This document shows, in pieces, positions 1 to 10,645 of a stretch of 64,000 bases of DNA. Both the position numbers and the translations under genes were made by a program. This DNA comes from an uncultured bacterium (GTDB taxonomy: Bacteria > Chloroflexota > Anaerolineae > Anaerolineales > UBA4823). Position 1 is the first letter of the stretch. The number at the start of each line of letters is the position of its first letter. Below the pieces are notes generated by a model. The model searched no databases, was not told the DNA's origin, and saw only the letters and a program-made list of their open reading frames with translations. Where the stretch lies: NCBI GenBank assembly GCA_965603285.1, contig CBFDCK010000002.1, positions 410 through 64,409 of the forward strand, in the 5' to 3' direction.

Positions 1-1170
1 TTGGAGGCACTGTTGAGATTACGCATCACAACTTTCATCCTGTTGGTATTGTTCCTGATAATTCCAATTAATCATAATATTGCTTACGCGGATACACCAG
101 TTGTCCACGCAATTATATTTTACTCCCAAACGTGTGGTCATTGCCATAAAGTGATAACCGAAGATTTGCCACCACTTGCAGAAAAATATGGGGAGCAACT
201 TCAAATTATTGGCATTGATGTTACTTATGAAGAAGGACAGGATCTTTACCAGGCTGCGATTGTCAAATATGAAATTCCGGACCACCGCTATGGTGTTCCT
301 ACCTTGATCGTTGGTGACACAGTCCTCGTTGGTTCCGGAGAAATCCCAGCTCTATTTCCAGGTATTATCGAAGACGGATTATCAGATGGTGGGATCGATT
401 GGCCGGATATCCCAGGCTTGCATGAAATTCTTGTAGCCCAAGGTTTGGATTCTTCTACGGATGGTTCAAACGATCCTGTAGAAGAAGCGGCTACCTCTAC
501 CGAGGAACTGCATGATCCATCTCCTTCAGAAGAAGAAGTGGCCATTTCCGAGAATTCACAAGATGAACAATCACAATCAAATGTACTATCGCTGAATGAA
601 CAACCTGTAAGTTTCAGTTCTTTAATGGTGTATCGATTTACAAGCGACCTTGATGGTAATATTCTAGCTGTGATTGTTTTATTGGGTATGATCATCAGTG
701 TGATCGGAGTGGGATATAGATATATTAAAGGTTCTGAGAAAAGCAAATTTAAATGGCCAATCTGGGTAATACCAGTTTTATCTGTCATCGGACTTATTGC
801 TGCGATTTACCTCTCATACGTGGAGATTACGAGTACTGAAGCGTTCTGTGGACCAGTAGGCGATTGCAACACCGTTCAAGATAGCCCCTATGCCCATCTG
901 TTTGGGATCATACCGATTGGAGTTATGGGAATTGCTGGTTATCTAACGATTATTGCTTTATGGCTTGTTCAACAATATGGACCAAAATCTTTAAAAAAAT
1001 TCAGCACAGTAGCAATTTGGTCCCTTGCTTGGTTTGGAGTTTTGTTTTCAATATATCTCACATTCCTGGAACCATTTTTAATAGGCGCGACCTGTGCCTG
1101 GTGCATTGGTTCTGCAATTGTGATGACATTGCTTCTTTGGGTTACTACAGAGACTGCTAACGATTTATGA
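1..1170 (+). CDS. Thioredoxin-like domain fused N-terminally to a VKOR-family (vitamin K epoxide reductase-like) membrane oxidoreductase
   Basis: 389-aa ORF starting at the window edge (TTG at 1), so it may be slightly 5'-truncated. The N-terminus already looks like a signal peptide (LLVLFLIIPINHNIAYA). It has a Trx-like CGHC motif and a Ser/Glu/Asp-rich linker. Hydrophobic helices follow, carrying the VKOR hallmarks: loop cysteines CGPVGDC and an intramembrane CAWC. Confidence 0.75.
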   Translation: MEALLRLRITTFILLVLFLIIPINHNIAYADTPVVHAIIFYSQTCGHCHKVITEDLPPLAEKYGEQLQIIGIDVTYEEGQDLYQAAIVKYEIPDHRYGVPTLIVGDTVLVGSGEIPALFPGIIEDGLSDGGIDWPDIPGLHEILVAQGLDSSTDGSNDPVEEAATSTEELHDPSPSEEEVAISENSQDEQSQSNVLSLNEQPVSFSSLMVYRFTSDLDGNILAVIVLLGMIISVIGVGYRYIKGSEKSKFKWPIWVIPVLSVIGLIAAIYLSYVEITSTEAFCGPVGDCNTVQDSPYAHLFGIIPIGVMGIAGYLTIIALWLVQQYGPKSLKKFSTVAIWSLAWFGVLFSIYLTFLEPFLIGATCAWCIGSAIVMTLLLWVTTETANDL

Positions 1171-1384
1171 AAAGTTGAAAACAGAAATTCAAATATTACC
1201 CAACATTCGCCAATTATTTTGAACGGGAAGATAATTGCAGGCGCTTCACAAAAAACGGTGGAGCGTTTTGACTACAAATTCAACTTAGCACTATGGCACT
1301 CTTTGTATATGATAAATCTGACTTTATCGAAATTGGTGATATTGGTATATCCTATAGTTATTTTATCCTTGCAAATGATCCATA

Positions 1385-1726
1385 ATGCATGAATTACCCA
1401 TTACACAAAATATTTTGGAAATAGCACTACGTCATGCTAAAGCAGCCAATGCGTCCCGTATTATGAGCATAAATATTGTTATTGGGGAATTAGCTTCCAT
1501 TGTAGACGATTCAATCCAGTTTTATTGGGATATTATTTCAAATGATACAATTGCCGAGGGGGCAAAGCTTAATTTCAACCGAATTAATGCGGAATTTGAA
1601 TGCAAAGTCTGCGGTGAACGGTACAAGCTACAAGGAAATGAGCTTGTCTGTCCAGATTGCGGCAGTCTAAAAATCGACATCGTTGCAGGAAAGGAATTTT
1701 TTTTAGAGTCGATTGACGTGGAGTAA
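1385..1726 (+). CDS. hypA: Hydrogenase nickel-incorporation protein HypA
   Basis: 113 aa. N-terminal MHELPIT and a C-terminal zinc motif CKVCG...CPDCG typical of HypA/HybF. First gene of the hyp cluster. Confidence 0.9.
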   Translation: MHELPITQNILEIALRHAKAANASRIMSINIVIGELASIVDDSIQFYWDIISNDTIAEGAKLNFNRINAEFECKVCGERYKLQGNELVCPDCGSLKIDIVAGKEFFLESIDVE

Positions 1727-1780
1727 TTTTATGCTAATATCGCAGACAAAAGTCCATTTAAAGCCAATCGGAGTGCTATC

Positions 1781-2446
1781 ATGACAAAACGAGTTCCTGT
1801 TGTAGAAAAAATCATGAGTGCCAATGATCGCATTGCTTCTCAAAATCGCGCCAAATTAGACAATGAAAGTATTTACTCTCTGAATCTTATGGCTTCTCCG
1901 GGTGGAGGAAAAACGTCGCTCATTGAACTGACCATTAAAAACCTTGCCGATCGTCTAAGGCTAGCAGTTATTGATGGTGACGTAGCCACTAGTATAGATG
2001 CAGATCGTGCTGCATCTGCCGGCGCTGTTGCAGTTCAAATAAATACCGGTGGCGAATGCCATTTGGACGCTGTGATGCTTCAAAGTGCATTACGACAGGT
2101 TGAACTAGATGAAATCGATTTATTGATCGTTGAGAACGTTGGTAATCTGATCTGTCCGGCAAGTTTTAAATTGGGCACACATAAAAACGTTCTAATTTCC
2201 TCAATCCCTGAGGGAGATGATAAACCTTATAAATATCCCGGTATGTATAGAGGCGTTGACGCTTTAGTCATTAACAAAATTGATCTATTACCGTACGTCC
2301 CTTTCGATATGGATTATTTTCGTCGCGGAGTCGAAGTATTAAACCCCGGGTTAATAACTTTCCCGCTTTCATGCAGTACACAAGAAGGCTTAGATTCATG
2401 GATTAGTTGGGTGCTGCAACAAACCCAATCAAATCGAATTATCTAA
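1781..2446 (+). CDS. hypB: Hydrogenase maturation GTPase HypB
   Basis: 221 aa. P-loop SPGGGKTS, ENVGNLICP and NKIDL motifs. GGAG lies upstream of the ATG. Confidence 0.9.
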   Translation: MTKRVPVVEKIMSANDRIASQNRAKLDNESIYSLNLMASPGGGKTSLIELTIKNLADRLRLAVIDGDVATSIDADRAASAGAVAVQINTGGECHLDAVMLQSALRQVELDEIDLLIVENVGNLICPASFKLGTHKNVLISSIPEGDDKPYKYPGMYRGVDALVINKIDLLPYVPFDMDYFRRGVEVLNPGLITFPLSCSTQEGLDSWISWVLQQTQSNRII

Positions 2447-2498
2447 TGCGCCAACAGGAAACAAATTTACCGTTCTCAATTCAGATTGAATTAAATCC

Positions 2499-4931
2499 AT
2501 GAGCCAAACAAGTGGTGTACGCATTCATGTTACAGGTATCGTCCAAGGTGTTGGATTTCGACCATTTGTGTATGGCTTAGCAAAGAGTTTAAATCTCACT
2601 GGATGGGTACGTAATACCTCCGCTGGGGTTGATATTGAAGCTGATGGCACTTCAGAGGTGCTTGAAGCATTTACTGAACTGTTAGAAGTAGAGTCTCCAC
2701 CGCTGGCGCAAATAGATGAGATAATCGTTGCAACTCGTCAGCCAAACAGTTACTCAACCTTTGAGATCCTCGATTCCAAAGTCATCCCGCAAGCCTTTCA
2801 ACCCATTTCTCCAGACGTTAGCATTTGCGATGATTGCCTGCACGAGTTATTCGATCCGGAAGATCATAGGTACCATTATCCATTTATTAATTGTACAAAT
2901 TGCGGTCCTCGTTTTACGATCATTGAAGATATCCCTTATGATAGACCCAATACAACCATGGCTGCTTTTGAAATGTGCCAATACTGCGCAGACGAATACA
3001 GCGACCCGTCAAACAGGCGCTTTCATGCCCAACCTGTTGCCTGCCCCGAATGCGGTCCTTATGTATGGTTAGAAGAAAACGACGATAAAATTGCCAAATT
3101 TGAAATGGGTTTTAATAACCTCAACCTACAATTCAACAATCAAGCTTCAATTAAATCAATTGTTCTATCCCAACAATTGTTGTCAGGTGGAAAGATCGTA
3201 GCCATTAAAGGATTAGGTGGGTTTCACCTCGCTTGTGACGCTTTAAACCGTAGTGCTGTGCTCGAATTGCGTAATCGCAAACTTCGTGTGGATAAACCTT
3301 TTGCCCTCATGATGCCTGATATTATGACAATCGAGACTCATTGTTTGGTAAACAGAGAAGAAAAAATTTTGCTCGGTTCTCGCCAACGCCCGGTTGTCAT
3401 TCTGGAGAGGCGTCCTGGCTCCCCTATCGTCTCTGAAATCGCACCTGGACAACAAACTATCGGCGTTATGCTCCCTTATACCCCTTTACACTATTTACTC
3501 TTCGCGAAACTTGATGAGAATTCGCAGTCTTTTGATATACCTTCAGTACTCGTTATGACCAGCGGGAACTTAAGAGAAGAGCCAATCTCAGTTGAAAACG
3601 AAGAAGCCCTGAAAAATCTTTCAATGCTATCTGATGCTTTCCTGATGCACAACCGTCCAATTCACACTCGTTGTGACGATTCGGTATTTCGTGTTTTTAT
3701 TGATTCTTCAGACAATCAATCATCGATTACATTGCCTGTCAGACGTTCACGTGGCTATGCACCTTTCCCGGTGCATTTACCTTTTGAAGTGCCACCTATA
3801 TTAGCAACAGGAGCCGAATTAAAGAATACTTTTTGCCTCGCAACCAATAATTATGCGTTTGTGAGTCATCATATTGGTGACTTAGAAAATTACGAAACTT
3901 TTCTATCCTTTGTAAATGGGATAACCCATTACGAACGCCTTTTTCGTATCTCTCCAGATGTAATCGCATACGACCTCCATCCCGATTATATGGCTACCCG
4001 GTATACTCTTGAACGTGCCGAACAGGAAGGACTAGGTGCTTTTGGAATACAGCACCATCACGCCCATATTACAGCCTGCATGGCGGAAAACAATCATGGA
4101 AATGATGAGAAAGTAATCGGGGTATCATTTGATGGTACGGGTTATGGAGAGGATGGTGCTATATGGGGAGGAGAATTCTTATTGTCAGATTATCGTCAAT
4201 ATGAGCGACCTTGTCACTTGAGATATGTTACCCTGCCAGGTGGTGATAAAGCCATACGTGAACCTTGGAGAATGGCTTTGGTTTGGCTGGCTCAGTCAGG
4301 GATCGAGTGGTCAGATGATTTCCCTTCAGTAGAATATGCAGCACAGAAATCTACAGCAAGTATGCCTCTTCTTGATATTCTAGATCGCCAAATCCAAACG
4401 GGATTAAACTCTCCGCTCACTTCCAGTATGGGACGGCTATTTGATGCAGTCTCCGCACTCATCGGCGTGCGACAAGAAATCAACTATGAAGCTCAAGCAG
4501 CCATCGAGCTTGAGGCGTTGGTTGACCCAGACGTCAAAGGTGTTTATCCATTTAACATTGAAATAGCTTACAGTGGAAATAATACTGCTGATAATGTGAT
4601 GAGGACAATCGATCCCACTCCATTAATAAATTCGATTGTCTGCGATCTAAACAAAAATGTCCCAACATCAATCATATCTGCTCGTTTTCATAACAGCGTT
4701 GCTGAAATTGTAATGAACCTTTGTACAATACTCCGCGAAGAGCATAATTTATCCACAATCGCATTGAGCGGAGGTGTATGGCAAAATTTAACACTGTTTC
4801 GAAAAACTGTAGAACTCTTGCGCAGGCACTCATTTACAATCTTGACCCATCGCCAGATCCCATGCAACGATGGTGGGATATCATTGGGTCAAGCCGTTAT
4901 CGCTGCCAAAAGATATCAAAGTTCTCTATAG
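2499..4931 (+). CDS. hypF: Carbamoyltransferase HypF
   Basis: 810 aa. Acylphosphatase-like N-terminus (VRIHVTGIVQGVGFRPFVY). Paired zinc fingers (CDDC..CTNCGPRF and CQYC..CPECGP). YrdC-like and Kae1/ASKHA-like C-terminal parts. Confidence 0.95.
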   Translation: MSQTSGVRIHVTGIVQGVGFRPFVYGLAKSLNLTGWVRNTSAGVDIEADGTSEVLEAFTELLEVESPPLAQIDEIIVATRQPNSYSTFEILDSKVIPQAFQPISPDVSICDDCLHELFDPEDHRYHYPFINCTNCGPRFTIIEDIPYDRPNTTMAAFEMCQYCADEYSDPSNRRFHAQPVACPECGPYVWLEENDDKIAKFEMGFNNLNLQFNNQASIKSIVLSQQLLSGGKIVAIKGLGGFHLACDALNRSAVLELRNRKLRVDKPFALMMPDIMTIETHCLVNREEKILLGSRQRPVVILERRPGSPIVSEIAPGQQTIGVMLPYTPLHYLLFAKLDENSQSFDIPSVLVMTSGNLREEPISVENEEALKNLSMLSDAFLMHNRPIHTRCDDSVFRVFIDSSDNQSSITLPVRRSRGYAPFPVHLPFEVPPILATGAELKNTFCLATNNYAFVSHHIGDLENYETFLSFVNGITHYERLFRISPDVIAYDLHPDYMATRYTLERAEQEGLGAFGIQHHHAHITACMAENNHGNDEKVIGVSFDGTGYGEDGAIWGGEFLLSDYRQYERPCHLRYVTLPGGDKAIREPWRMALVWLAQSGIEWSDDFPSVEYAAQKSTASMPLLDILDRQIQTGLNSPLTSSMGRLFDAVSALIGVRQEINYEAQAAIELEALVDPDVKGVYPFNIEIAYSGNNTADNVMRTIDPTPLINSIVCDLNKNVPTSIISARFHNSVAEIVMNLCTILREEHNLSTIALSGGVWQNLTLFRKTVELLRRHSFTILTHRQIPCNDGGISLGQAVIAAKRYQSSL

Positions 4932-4966
4932 CTATTAGCTACTATGTTTCAAGGAGTGATATTTAT

Positions 4967-5221
4967 ATGTGCTTAGGTATACCAGGAAAGATTATAGAAA
5001 TCTATGATAATAATGATCTGATGATGGGAAAAATTGATTTTAGCGGGGTTACTCGTGAGGCTTGTCTCGCATATGTGCCAGAGGCTAAGGTAGGCGATTA
5101 TACACTTGTACATGTTGGATTCGCACTCAACTTGATCAGTGAGCAAGATGCCCAAGAGACACTCGAAATCATTCGCCAAATTGTCGATTTAAATACGGAG
5201 CTCTCACAAGAAATAGATTGA
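4967..5221 (+). CDS. hypC: Hydrogenase assembly chaperone HypC
   Basis: Internal ATG at 4967 of ORF 4778..5221, preceded by AAGGAG at 4951. The product starts MCLGIPGKI, the invariant HypC N-terminus with Cys2. Confidence 0.9.
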   Translation: MCLGIPGKIIEIYDNNDLMMGKIDFSGVTREACLAYVPEAKVGDYTLVHVGFALNLISEQDAQETLEIIRQIVDLNTELSQEID

Positions 5222-5274
5222 ACTTTCTATCATTTTGAATTAAAAAATAAATCATAAGGTTCTTCAATCAAACG

Positions 5275-6372
5275 ATGAAATACTTAACTGAATTTCGTGA
5301 TCCTGAACTAGCCCACGCAGTACTGGATGAAATTCATCGTACTGTAACGCGACATTGGGTTTTAATGGAAATATGTGGAGGTCAGACCCATTCAATCATG
5401 CGTTATGGTCTTGATCAACTGCTTCCTGATGAAATCGAACTTGTTCACGGTCCTGGTTGTCCTGTATGTGTCACCTCGCTAGAATTAATTGATAAAGCCC
5501 AGGAAATTGCATCCCAACCAGGTGTAATATTTACTTCTTACGGCGATATGCTTCGGGTTCCTGGTTCTAGTCGTGATCTATTCTCAGTAAGGGCTTCAGG
5601 TGGTGATATTCGCGTTGTTTATTCCCCTCTGGATGCCATAGAAATCGCCCAACAGAATCCCGAACAACAAGTTGTTTTCTTTGCAATTGGCTTCGAAACA
5701 ACGGCTCCAGCCAACGCTATGAGTGTCATTCAAGCAAAAGCCTTGGGATTAAACAATTTTAGTATCTTAGTATCGCATGTGCGAGTCCCTCCTGCCATGT
5801 ATGTAATTTTAAGCTCACCTCATAATCGTGTGCAAGGCTTTCTCGCGGCAGGACATGTATGTACGGTAATGGGTTATTGGGAATATCCTCCTATCGCAAA
5901 AAAATTCGGCGTTCCTATTGTAGTGACTGGTTTTGAGCCTGTTGATATATTACGTGGAATTCTGATGACAGTAAACCAGTTAGAGGAAACACGTGCCGAT
6001 GTAGAGAACGGATATCCTCGAATGGTTACTTACGAAGGGAATCGTCAAGCTCAAGCGGTGATCAACGAGGTATTTATGGAATGTGATCGAAAATGGCGGG
6101 GAATTGGAGAAATCCCCAATAGCGGATGGTGCTTGCGTCATGAGTTTTCTCAATTTAATGCTCTAAATCGATTTGCAGTTGATCAAATTCAAACAGAGGA
6201 ATCATCAATTTGTATTGCTGGTCAAATTCTACAAGGTTTGAAAAAACCTCCTGACTGCCCAGCTTTTGGAAGCCAGTGCACTCCCGAATATCCCTTAGGA
6301 GCGACCATGGTTTCATCTGAAGGCGCATGTGCAGCTTATTACCGGTATTCTGGGAAAAATATTCCATCTTAA
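5275..6372 (+). CDS. hypD: Hydrogenase maturation protein HypD
   Basis: 365 aa with [14 protein letters not shown] and GFETTAP motifs plus a C-terminal cysteine-rich region. Confidence 0.95.
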   Translation: MKYLTEFRDPELAHAVLDEIHRTVTRHWVLMEICGGQTHSIMRYGLDQLLPDEIELVHGPGCPVCVTSLELIDKAQEIASQPGVIFTSYGDMLRVPGSSRDLFSVRASGGDIRVVYSPLDAIEIAQQNPEQQVVFFAIGFETTAPANAMSVIQAKALGLNNFSILVSHVRVPPAMYVILSSPHNRVQGFLAAGHVCTVMGYWEYPPIAKKFGVPIVVTGFEPVDILRGILMTVNQLEETRADVENGYPRMVTYEGNRQAQAVINEVFMECDRKWRGIGEIPNSGWCLRHEFSQFNALNRFAVDQIQTEESSICIAGQILQGLKKPPDCPAFGSQCTPEYPLGATMVSSEGACAAYYRYSGKNIPS

Positions 6373-6417
6373 TTTGTATCGTAATTACCCTCTGAAAACA
6401 GATTGAGTAGACATATT

Positions 6418-7506
6418 ATGACTAAAAATTTACCAGACATGCAAGGGTCTGCCTGTCCTGTGCCCCTACAGCATAAAAAAAAGGTCGTTTTAGGACACGG
6501 AAGCGGCGGGCAGATGTCTCAAGACCTCATTGCCAACATGTTCTTGCCACAATTCGACAACCCTTACTTACGCGCCAATGATGATGCGGGAGTCGTTGGA
6601 GTTATCCTAGACCAAGGATTTGGAGAAGTAATTAGTGGACGCCTAGCGATCAGCACTGACTCTCACGTTGTCTGGCCGTTATTCTTTCCAGGTGGTGATA
6701 TCGGTCGCCTGGCAGTATGTGGAACTGTAAACGATGTCGCCATGATGGGAGCAACACCAAATTATTTAACTGCCGGTTTTATCCTTGAAGAAGGATTAAG
6801 TTTCGATATTTTAGAAAAAGTTGTGGGATCAATGCACGATGCAGCACTCGAAGCGAATATCACAATCATAGCAGGGGATACCAAGGTTGTTCAAAAGGGA
6901 AAAGCAGATTTGCTGTTTATCAACACAACCGGTATCGGAATTATGCCGCCAGGACACGAAATAAGTGGGGATAATGCCCAACCAGGTGATATTGTTATCC
7001 TATCCGGTTCAATTGGCGATCACGGCATCGCAGTCTTGGAAGCACGCCAAGAATTAGGATTCGCATCGGGAATTCAAAGTGACATCGCTCCTTTGAATCA
7101 CCTTGTTAACGCCATATTGAATGTGAGTAATCAGGTACACACAATGCGTGACCCCACTCGTGGCGGATTGGCAACCAGTCTTAACGAAATCGCACGTCAA
7201 TCTAAAGTGTGTATTTTCTTAGACGAGAACAACATCCCGATTAAACCAGGTGTCGCTGCTGTATGCGAAATCTTGGGTTTCGACCCACTTTTTATTGCTA
7301 ACGAAGGCAAGTTTATTGTTATTGTTGGTCGTGATGATGCTGACAAAGTGTTAGAAGCAATGCATGCGGAACGCTATGGGGAAGAAGCCGTTATCATTGG
7401 CGAGGTGAAGCCAGAACCACAATCTCGCGTCTTAATGAGGACTCCCATTGGAAGCACGCGTGTGGTTGGTATCCTTTCCGGGGAAATGCTTCCCAGAATT
7501 TGTTAA
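6418..7506 (+). CDS. hypE: Hydrogenase maturation protein HypE
   Basis: HGSGG motif, PurM/AIR-synthase-like body and the diagnostic C-terminal PRIC. ATG 6418 was chosen. TTG 6403 (the ORF-track start) is an alternative. Confidence 0.9.
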   Translation: MTKNLPDMQGSACPVPLQHKKKVVLGHGSGGQMSQDLIANMFLPQFDNPYLRANDDAGVVGVILDQGFGEVISGRLAISTDSHVVWPLFFPGGDIGRLAVCGTVNDVAMMGATPNYLTAGFILEEGLSFDILEKVVGSMHDAALEANITIIAGDTKVVQKGKADLLFINTTGIGIMPPGHEISGDNAQPGDIVILSGSIGDHGIAVLEARQELGFASGIQSDIAPLNHLVNAILNVSNQVHTMRDPTRGGLATSLNEIARQSKVCIFLDENNIPIKPGVAAVCEILGFDPLFIANEGKFIVIVGRDDADKVLEAMHAERYGEEAVIIGEVKPEPQSRVLMRTPIGSTRVVGILSGEMLPRIC

Positions 7507-7527
7507 TCCATCATATTGATATGTATA

Positions 7528-8094
7528 TTATGTTTTGTCGATGATTATCCAAGCATTGTAGCTTGCAATCTCTATCCTTGTCTTGGCATTAGGATAATCG
7601 AACAAAGATTGGATTCGCGACGGAGGAATAAATGAACTTCGCATTAATGCTAGCTTCTCTGCCAGAGCAAGCATTTTCACAGAGAATATATTAATATTTG
7701 GTTCTTCAATAACAATTCTCCCTCCCCTTGTTAGAACCCGCCATAACTCATTAGAAGTTTCCCGATGATTGCACACATGATGGAGAGCATCCACCATTAG
7801 AATACGCTCGAAAGATTCGCCAGGGAATGGTAGAAATTCAGTGTGAGAGCAGACCGTCTTTAATCCATCTTTATCGTCTGCCGCCCGTAACATCTCGATC
7901 GACAGGTCCGCAATTACAATTGAAGAAGCTAATTCCCTCATAGTCTCAGAGACTCGACCTGTTCCTCCACCCGCATCTAATAAGGCTCCAGAAATCGGTA
8001 AATTCAGATATCCGATTAGATTCTCAGGCTCCTGTATTTGAAATACCCTATCATATAATGGGGCGATAATATCGAAGTGATCAAAAAGATGCAT
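7528..8094 (-). CDS. Class I SAM-dependent methyltransferase
   Basis: 188 aa with the motif I sequence LDAGGGTGR and a Methyltransf_11-like layout. Substrate unknown. Confidence 0.7.
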   Translation of the reverse strand: MHLFDHFDIIAPLYDRVFQIQEPENLIGYLNLPISGALLDAGGGTGRVSETMRELASSIVIADLSIEMLRAADDKDGLKTVCSHTEFLPFPGESFERILMVDALHHVCNHRETSNELWRVLTRGGRIVIEEPNINIFSVKMLALAEKLALMRSSFIPPSRIQSLFDYPNAKTRIEIASYNAWIIIDKT

Positions 8095-8151
8095 AGTATG
8101 TACCTAATATTAATAAATTACCTTAATTGAATTTTCTAATATCAGTTATCA

Positions 8152-10062
8152 CTACAATATGATTATCGCCAGGAGGCGAGCAATCTGAGCTGCGATCATC
8201 GCAATAACAACTGTCAACAATGTGATTATAACCATATTTCGAATACCAAGTTCTCGTTTCAGGACAGCCAAGGTTGCCAAGCATGGGATATAAAATACCA
8301 CAAACACAGCATATGTGATCAACTGCACAGATGTCAGAACTTCGGAGAATTCTACACCTCCTAAAGCTTGGTACAGCATCACCAGTGAAAGTTCTTTGCG
8401 AAGGATTCCGAAAATTAAAGGCAGACCCACTGCAGCAGGTAATCCCAGAATCCAGGTAATTGGTCTCACCAAGGAATTTATGAAATTGTCTAAATTATAA
8501 AAAATAAGGATGGCCAGTACTAGACTTCCGGCAATCAAGATTGGCCAAGCTTCAACTACAAACTCGTGTAATCGAAACCAGGTCTTGTGAATAATAGTTC
8601 GAATTGTAGGAATTCGGTAAACTGGCATCTCTAAAATTAGTCCTGGTGTTTTTTCGGGTAACAAGCCGGATAAAATTCGCCCTGTGATGGCAATCACAAC
8701 TAAATTAAAGAAATATATCGCAAGTGCGACAGTTGGTCCTAAGTAAAAAGCGACAAGTCCAAACACAACAGCAATACGCGCGGCACATGGAACAAGGGTA
8801 GATAACGCTGCTGCCAGGAAGCGATCTCTGCGATTTTCTAACATCCGGGTGGACATGACTGCCGGCACATTACATCCATAACCTAAAATAAAAGGAACGA
8901 TAGCATTTCCATGAAGACCAATCCGCTTCATCAATGTATCCATAAGGAAAGCAATTCTTGGCAGATAACCAATATCTTCGAGAAAGCCTAACCCCAAGAG
9001 AAATGGGACCAAGTAGGGAAAGACGATTGCCACTCCTCCCGCTATTCCTTGTACAATGCCGATTAAAGAGGCTCCTAAAAGTGTATCAGCGCCAATTAAG
9101 TTATCCAGGAAAACTTCCAACTGAGAGAAGATATTAAGTAGCGGGGGCTCCAATATACTTCCTATCCCATAAACAATTTGAAAGAATAGAAACATGATCA
9201 AGACGAGAGCGACATATCCGAAAACAGGATGCAGTAAAATGTCGTCGATTCGATCGCGCCAGGAAACACGACGCTCGCCCTGGACTACGACAGCACTAGC
9301 GAGGTTGGTCGCCAGGGCTTGACGCTCCCCACTTATAACCCAGTCAGCTGATTGACCTCTGGTTTGCTCTATCATTAATTGTGCGTGGTTTAATTTTTGT
9401 AGCAACTGTGGATATTCATCATGGATTTGATCTTGCCACTGCATATCACCTTCTAATAGCTTGATCGCGAAGGGTTCAGGTTCAAGCATAGCTGCTTTCC
9501 CATCCAAATTTCCGGCAATTTCCAGGATTACTTCCTCAAGATCTTTAGCATAAGTCAACCTTTCAGGAGAATTATCCTGTTTGGCAACGTAATGCGCCGT
9601 CACAAATAAATTGCGTACTCCTCGCCCTTTACTGGCTATCAAGGGTACTACAGGTGTACCTAATAAGCCTTGTAATTCGGGTATATCGATAGTCATTCCT
9701 TCCCTGGCAGCTTCATCCATCATGTTCAGTGCCACCACTAAAGGCTTCTGCATTTCTAATAATTCAACAGTAAGTCCCAGACCCTGAGCAAGGTGAGAAG
9801 CATCAACAACATTTATGATCACACTGACTTCTCGTGAAGTCAAATATTGCAGTGTCACCTTTTCTGCCGGATTCATCCCCGATAAAGAATAAGTACCTGG
9901 AAGGTCAACTAAGTGGTATTTTTTGCCCGACACAAGGATTTTACTTTCGATATATGTAACAGTAGTTCCCGCGAAATTACCCGTTTCGGCTTTATAACCA
10001 GCCACATGGTTGAATAATGTACTTTTTCCGCAGTTGGGTTGACCGATAAGTGCAAAGCGCAT
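8152..10062 (-). CDS. feoB: Ferrous iron transporter FeoB
   Basis: N-terminal G domain (GQPNCGKSTLFN, DLPGTYSL) followed by a large polytopic membrane domain. The ATG at 10062 overlaps the feoA stop (TGATG). The ORF track begins one codon earlier at a TTG. Confidence 0.95.
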   Translation of the reverse strand: MRFALIGQPNCGKSTLFNHVAGYKAETGNFAGTTVTYIESKILVSGKKYHLVDLPGTYSLSGMNPAEKVTLQYLTSREVSVIINVVDASHLAQGLGLTVELLEMQKPLVVALNMMDEAAREGMTIDIPELQGLLGTPVVPLIASKGRGVRNLFVTAHYVAKQDNSPERLTYAKDLEEVILEIAGNLDGKAAMLEPEPFAIKLLEGDMQWQDQIHDEYPQLLQKLNHAQLMIEQTRGQSADWVISGERQALATNLASAVVVQGERRVSWRDRIDDILLHPVFGYVALVLIMFLFFQIVYGIGSILEPPLLNIFSQLEVFLDNLIGADTLLGASLIGIVQGIAGGVAIVFPYLVPFLLGLGFLEDIGYLPRIAFLMDTLMKRIGLHGNAIVPFILGYGCNVPAVMSTRMLENRRDRFLAAALSTLVPCAARIAVVFGLVAFYLGPTVALAIYFFNLVVIAITGRILSGLLPEKTPGLILEMPVYRIPTIRTIIHKTWFRLHEFVVEAWPILIAGSLVLAILIFYNLDNFINSLVRPITWILGLPAAVGLPLIFGILRKELSLVMLYQALGGVEFSEVLTSVQLITYAVFVVFYIPCLATLAVLKRELGIRNMVIITLLTVVIAMIAAQIARLLAIIIL

Positions 10063-10295
10063 CAAACTTCCTCGACAAGAATCTTAACTGCAATCCCCCT
10101 GCCCAAAGCTATTCGTCTGCCTTTACATTCGACAAGGAGAGGTCCTCCTAACGGTGCATGGCGAATGACTTTTGCAGTATCCCCCGGAAGCAAGCCCAAT
10201 TGGCGAAGTTTGAGTTCCACCCCTCGTGAACCTTGAAAACCCACAATGCACACCTTCTTCCCACTTTTAACATCCAATAATTTCATCACTATCAA
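10062..10295 (-). CDS. feoA: FeoA-family small protein
   Basis: 77-aa SH3-like FeoA-type sequence, translationally coupled to feoB. Confidence 0.8.
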   Translation of the reverse strand: MIVMKLLDVKSGKKVCIVGFQGSRGVELKLRQLGLLPGDTAKVIRHAPLGGPLLVECKGRRIALGRGIAVKILVEEV

Positions 10296-10645
10296 CCTTA
10301 TTTGAGTGATTATATCGTAAACATGCGCTATTTTAAATGAATATGTTCATGAATTTCTAGTAAAATATTTTTACTAATCAATTATTAATAAAATGATCAG
10401 TCAGCCGGGCAATAATAGGATAATTTACACTCATCCGTAAAAGATAATTCATTGACCACTGCTGTATCAACTGATTTTCTCATATTTGACTTCCAGGAAA
10501 CAAAAAGAGCCTTATAAGTTAAAAGGCTCCAAACAGAAACACGGCTTATTAATGTGAAAGAAGATTATTTTTATGAAAAGCGCGAATTATGCAACTCATT
10601 TATGTGGATACTCGCAATAACGAAGGAAGAAATTATTCCAAATGA

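Noticed and set aside
2728-3072. 114-aa alternative-frame ORF inside hypF
   Set aside because: It is fully nested in a well-supported hypF reading frame and its sequence shows no family features.
10360-10410. AT-rich stretch upstream of feoA resembling a Fur box (taatcaattattaataaaatgatca)
   Set aside because: The best alignment to the TGATAATnATTATCA consensus gave only about 8/14 matches. That is not distinguishable from background in this AT-rich spacer.
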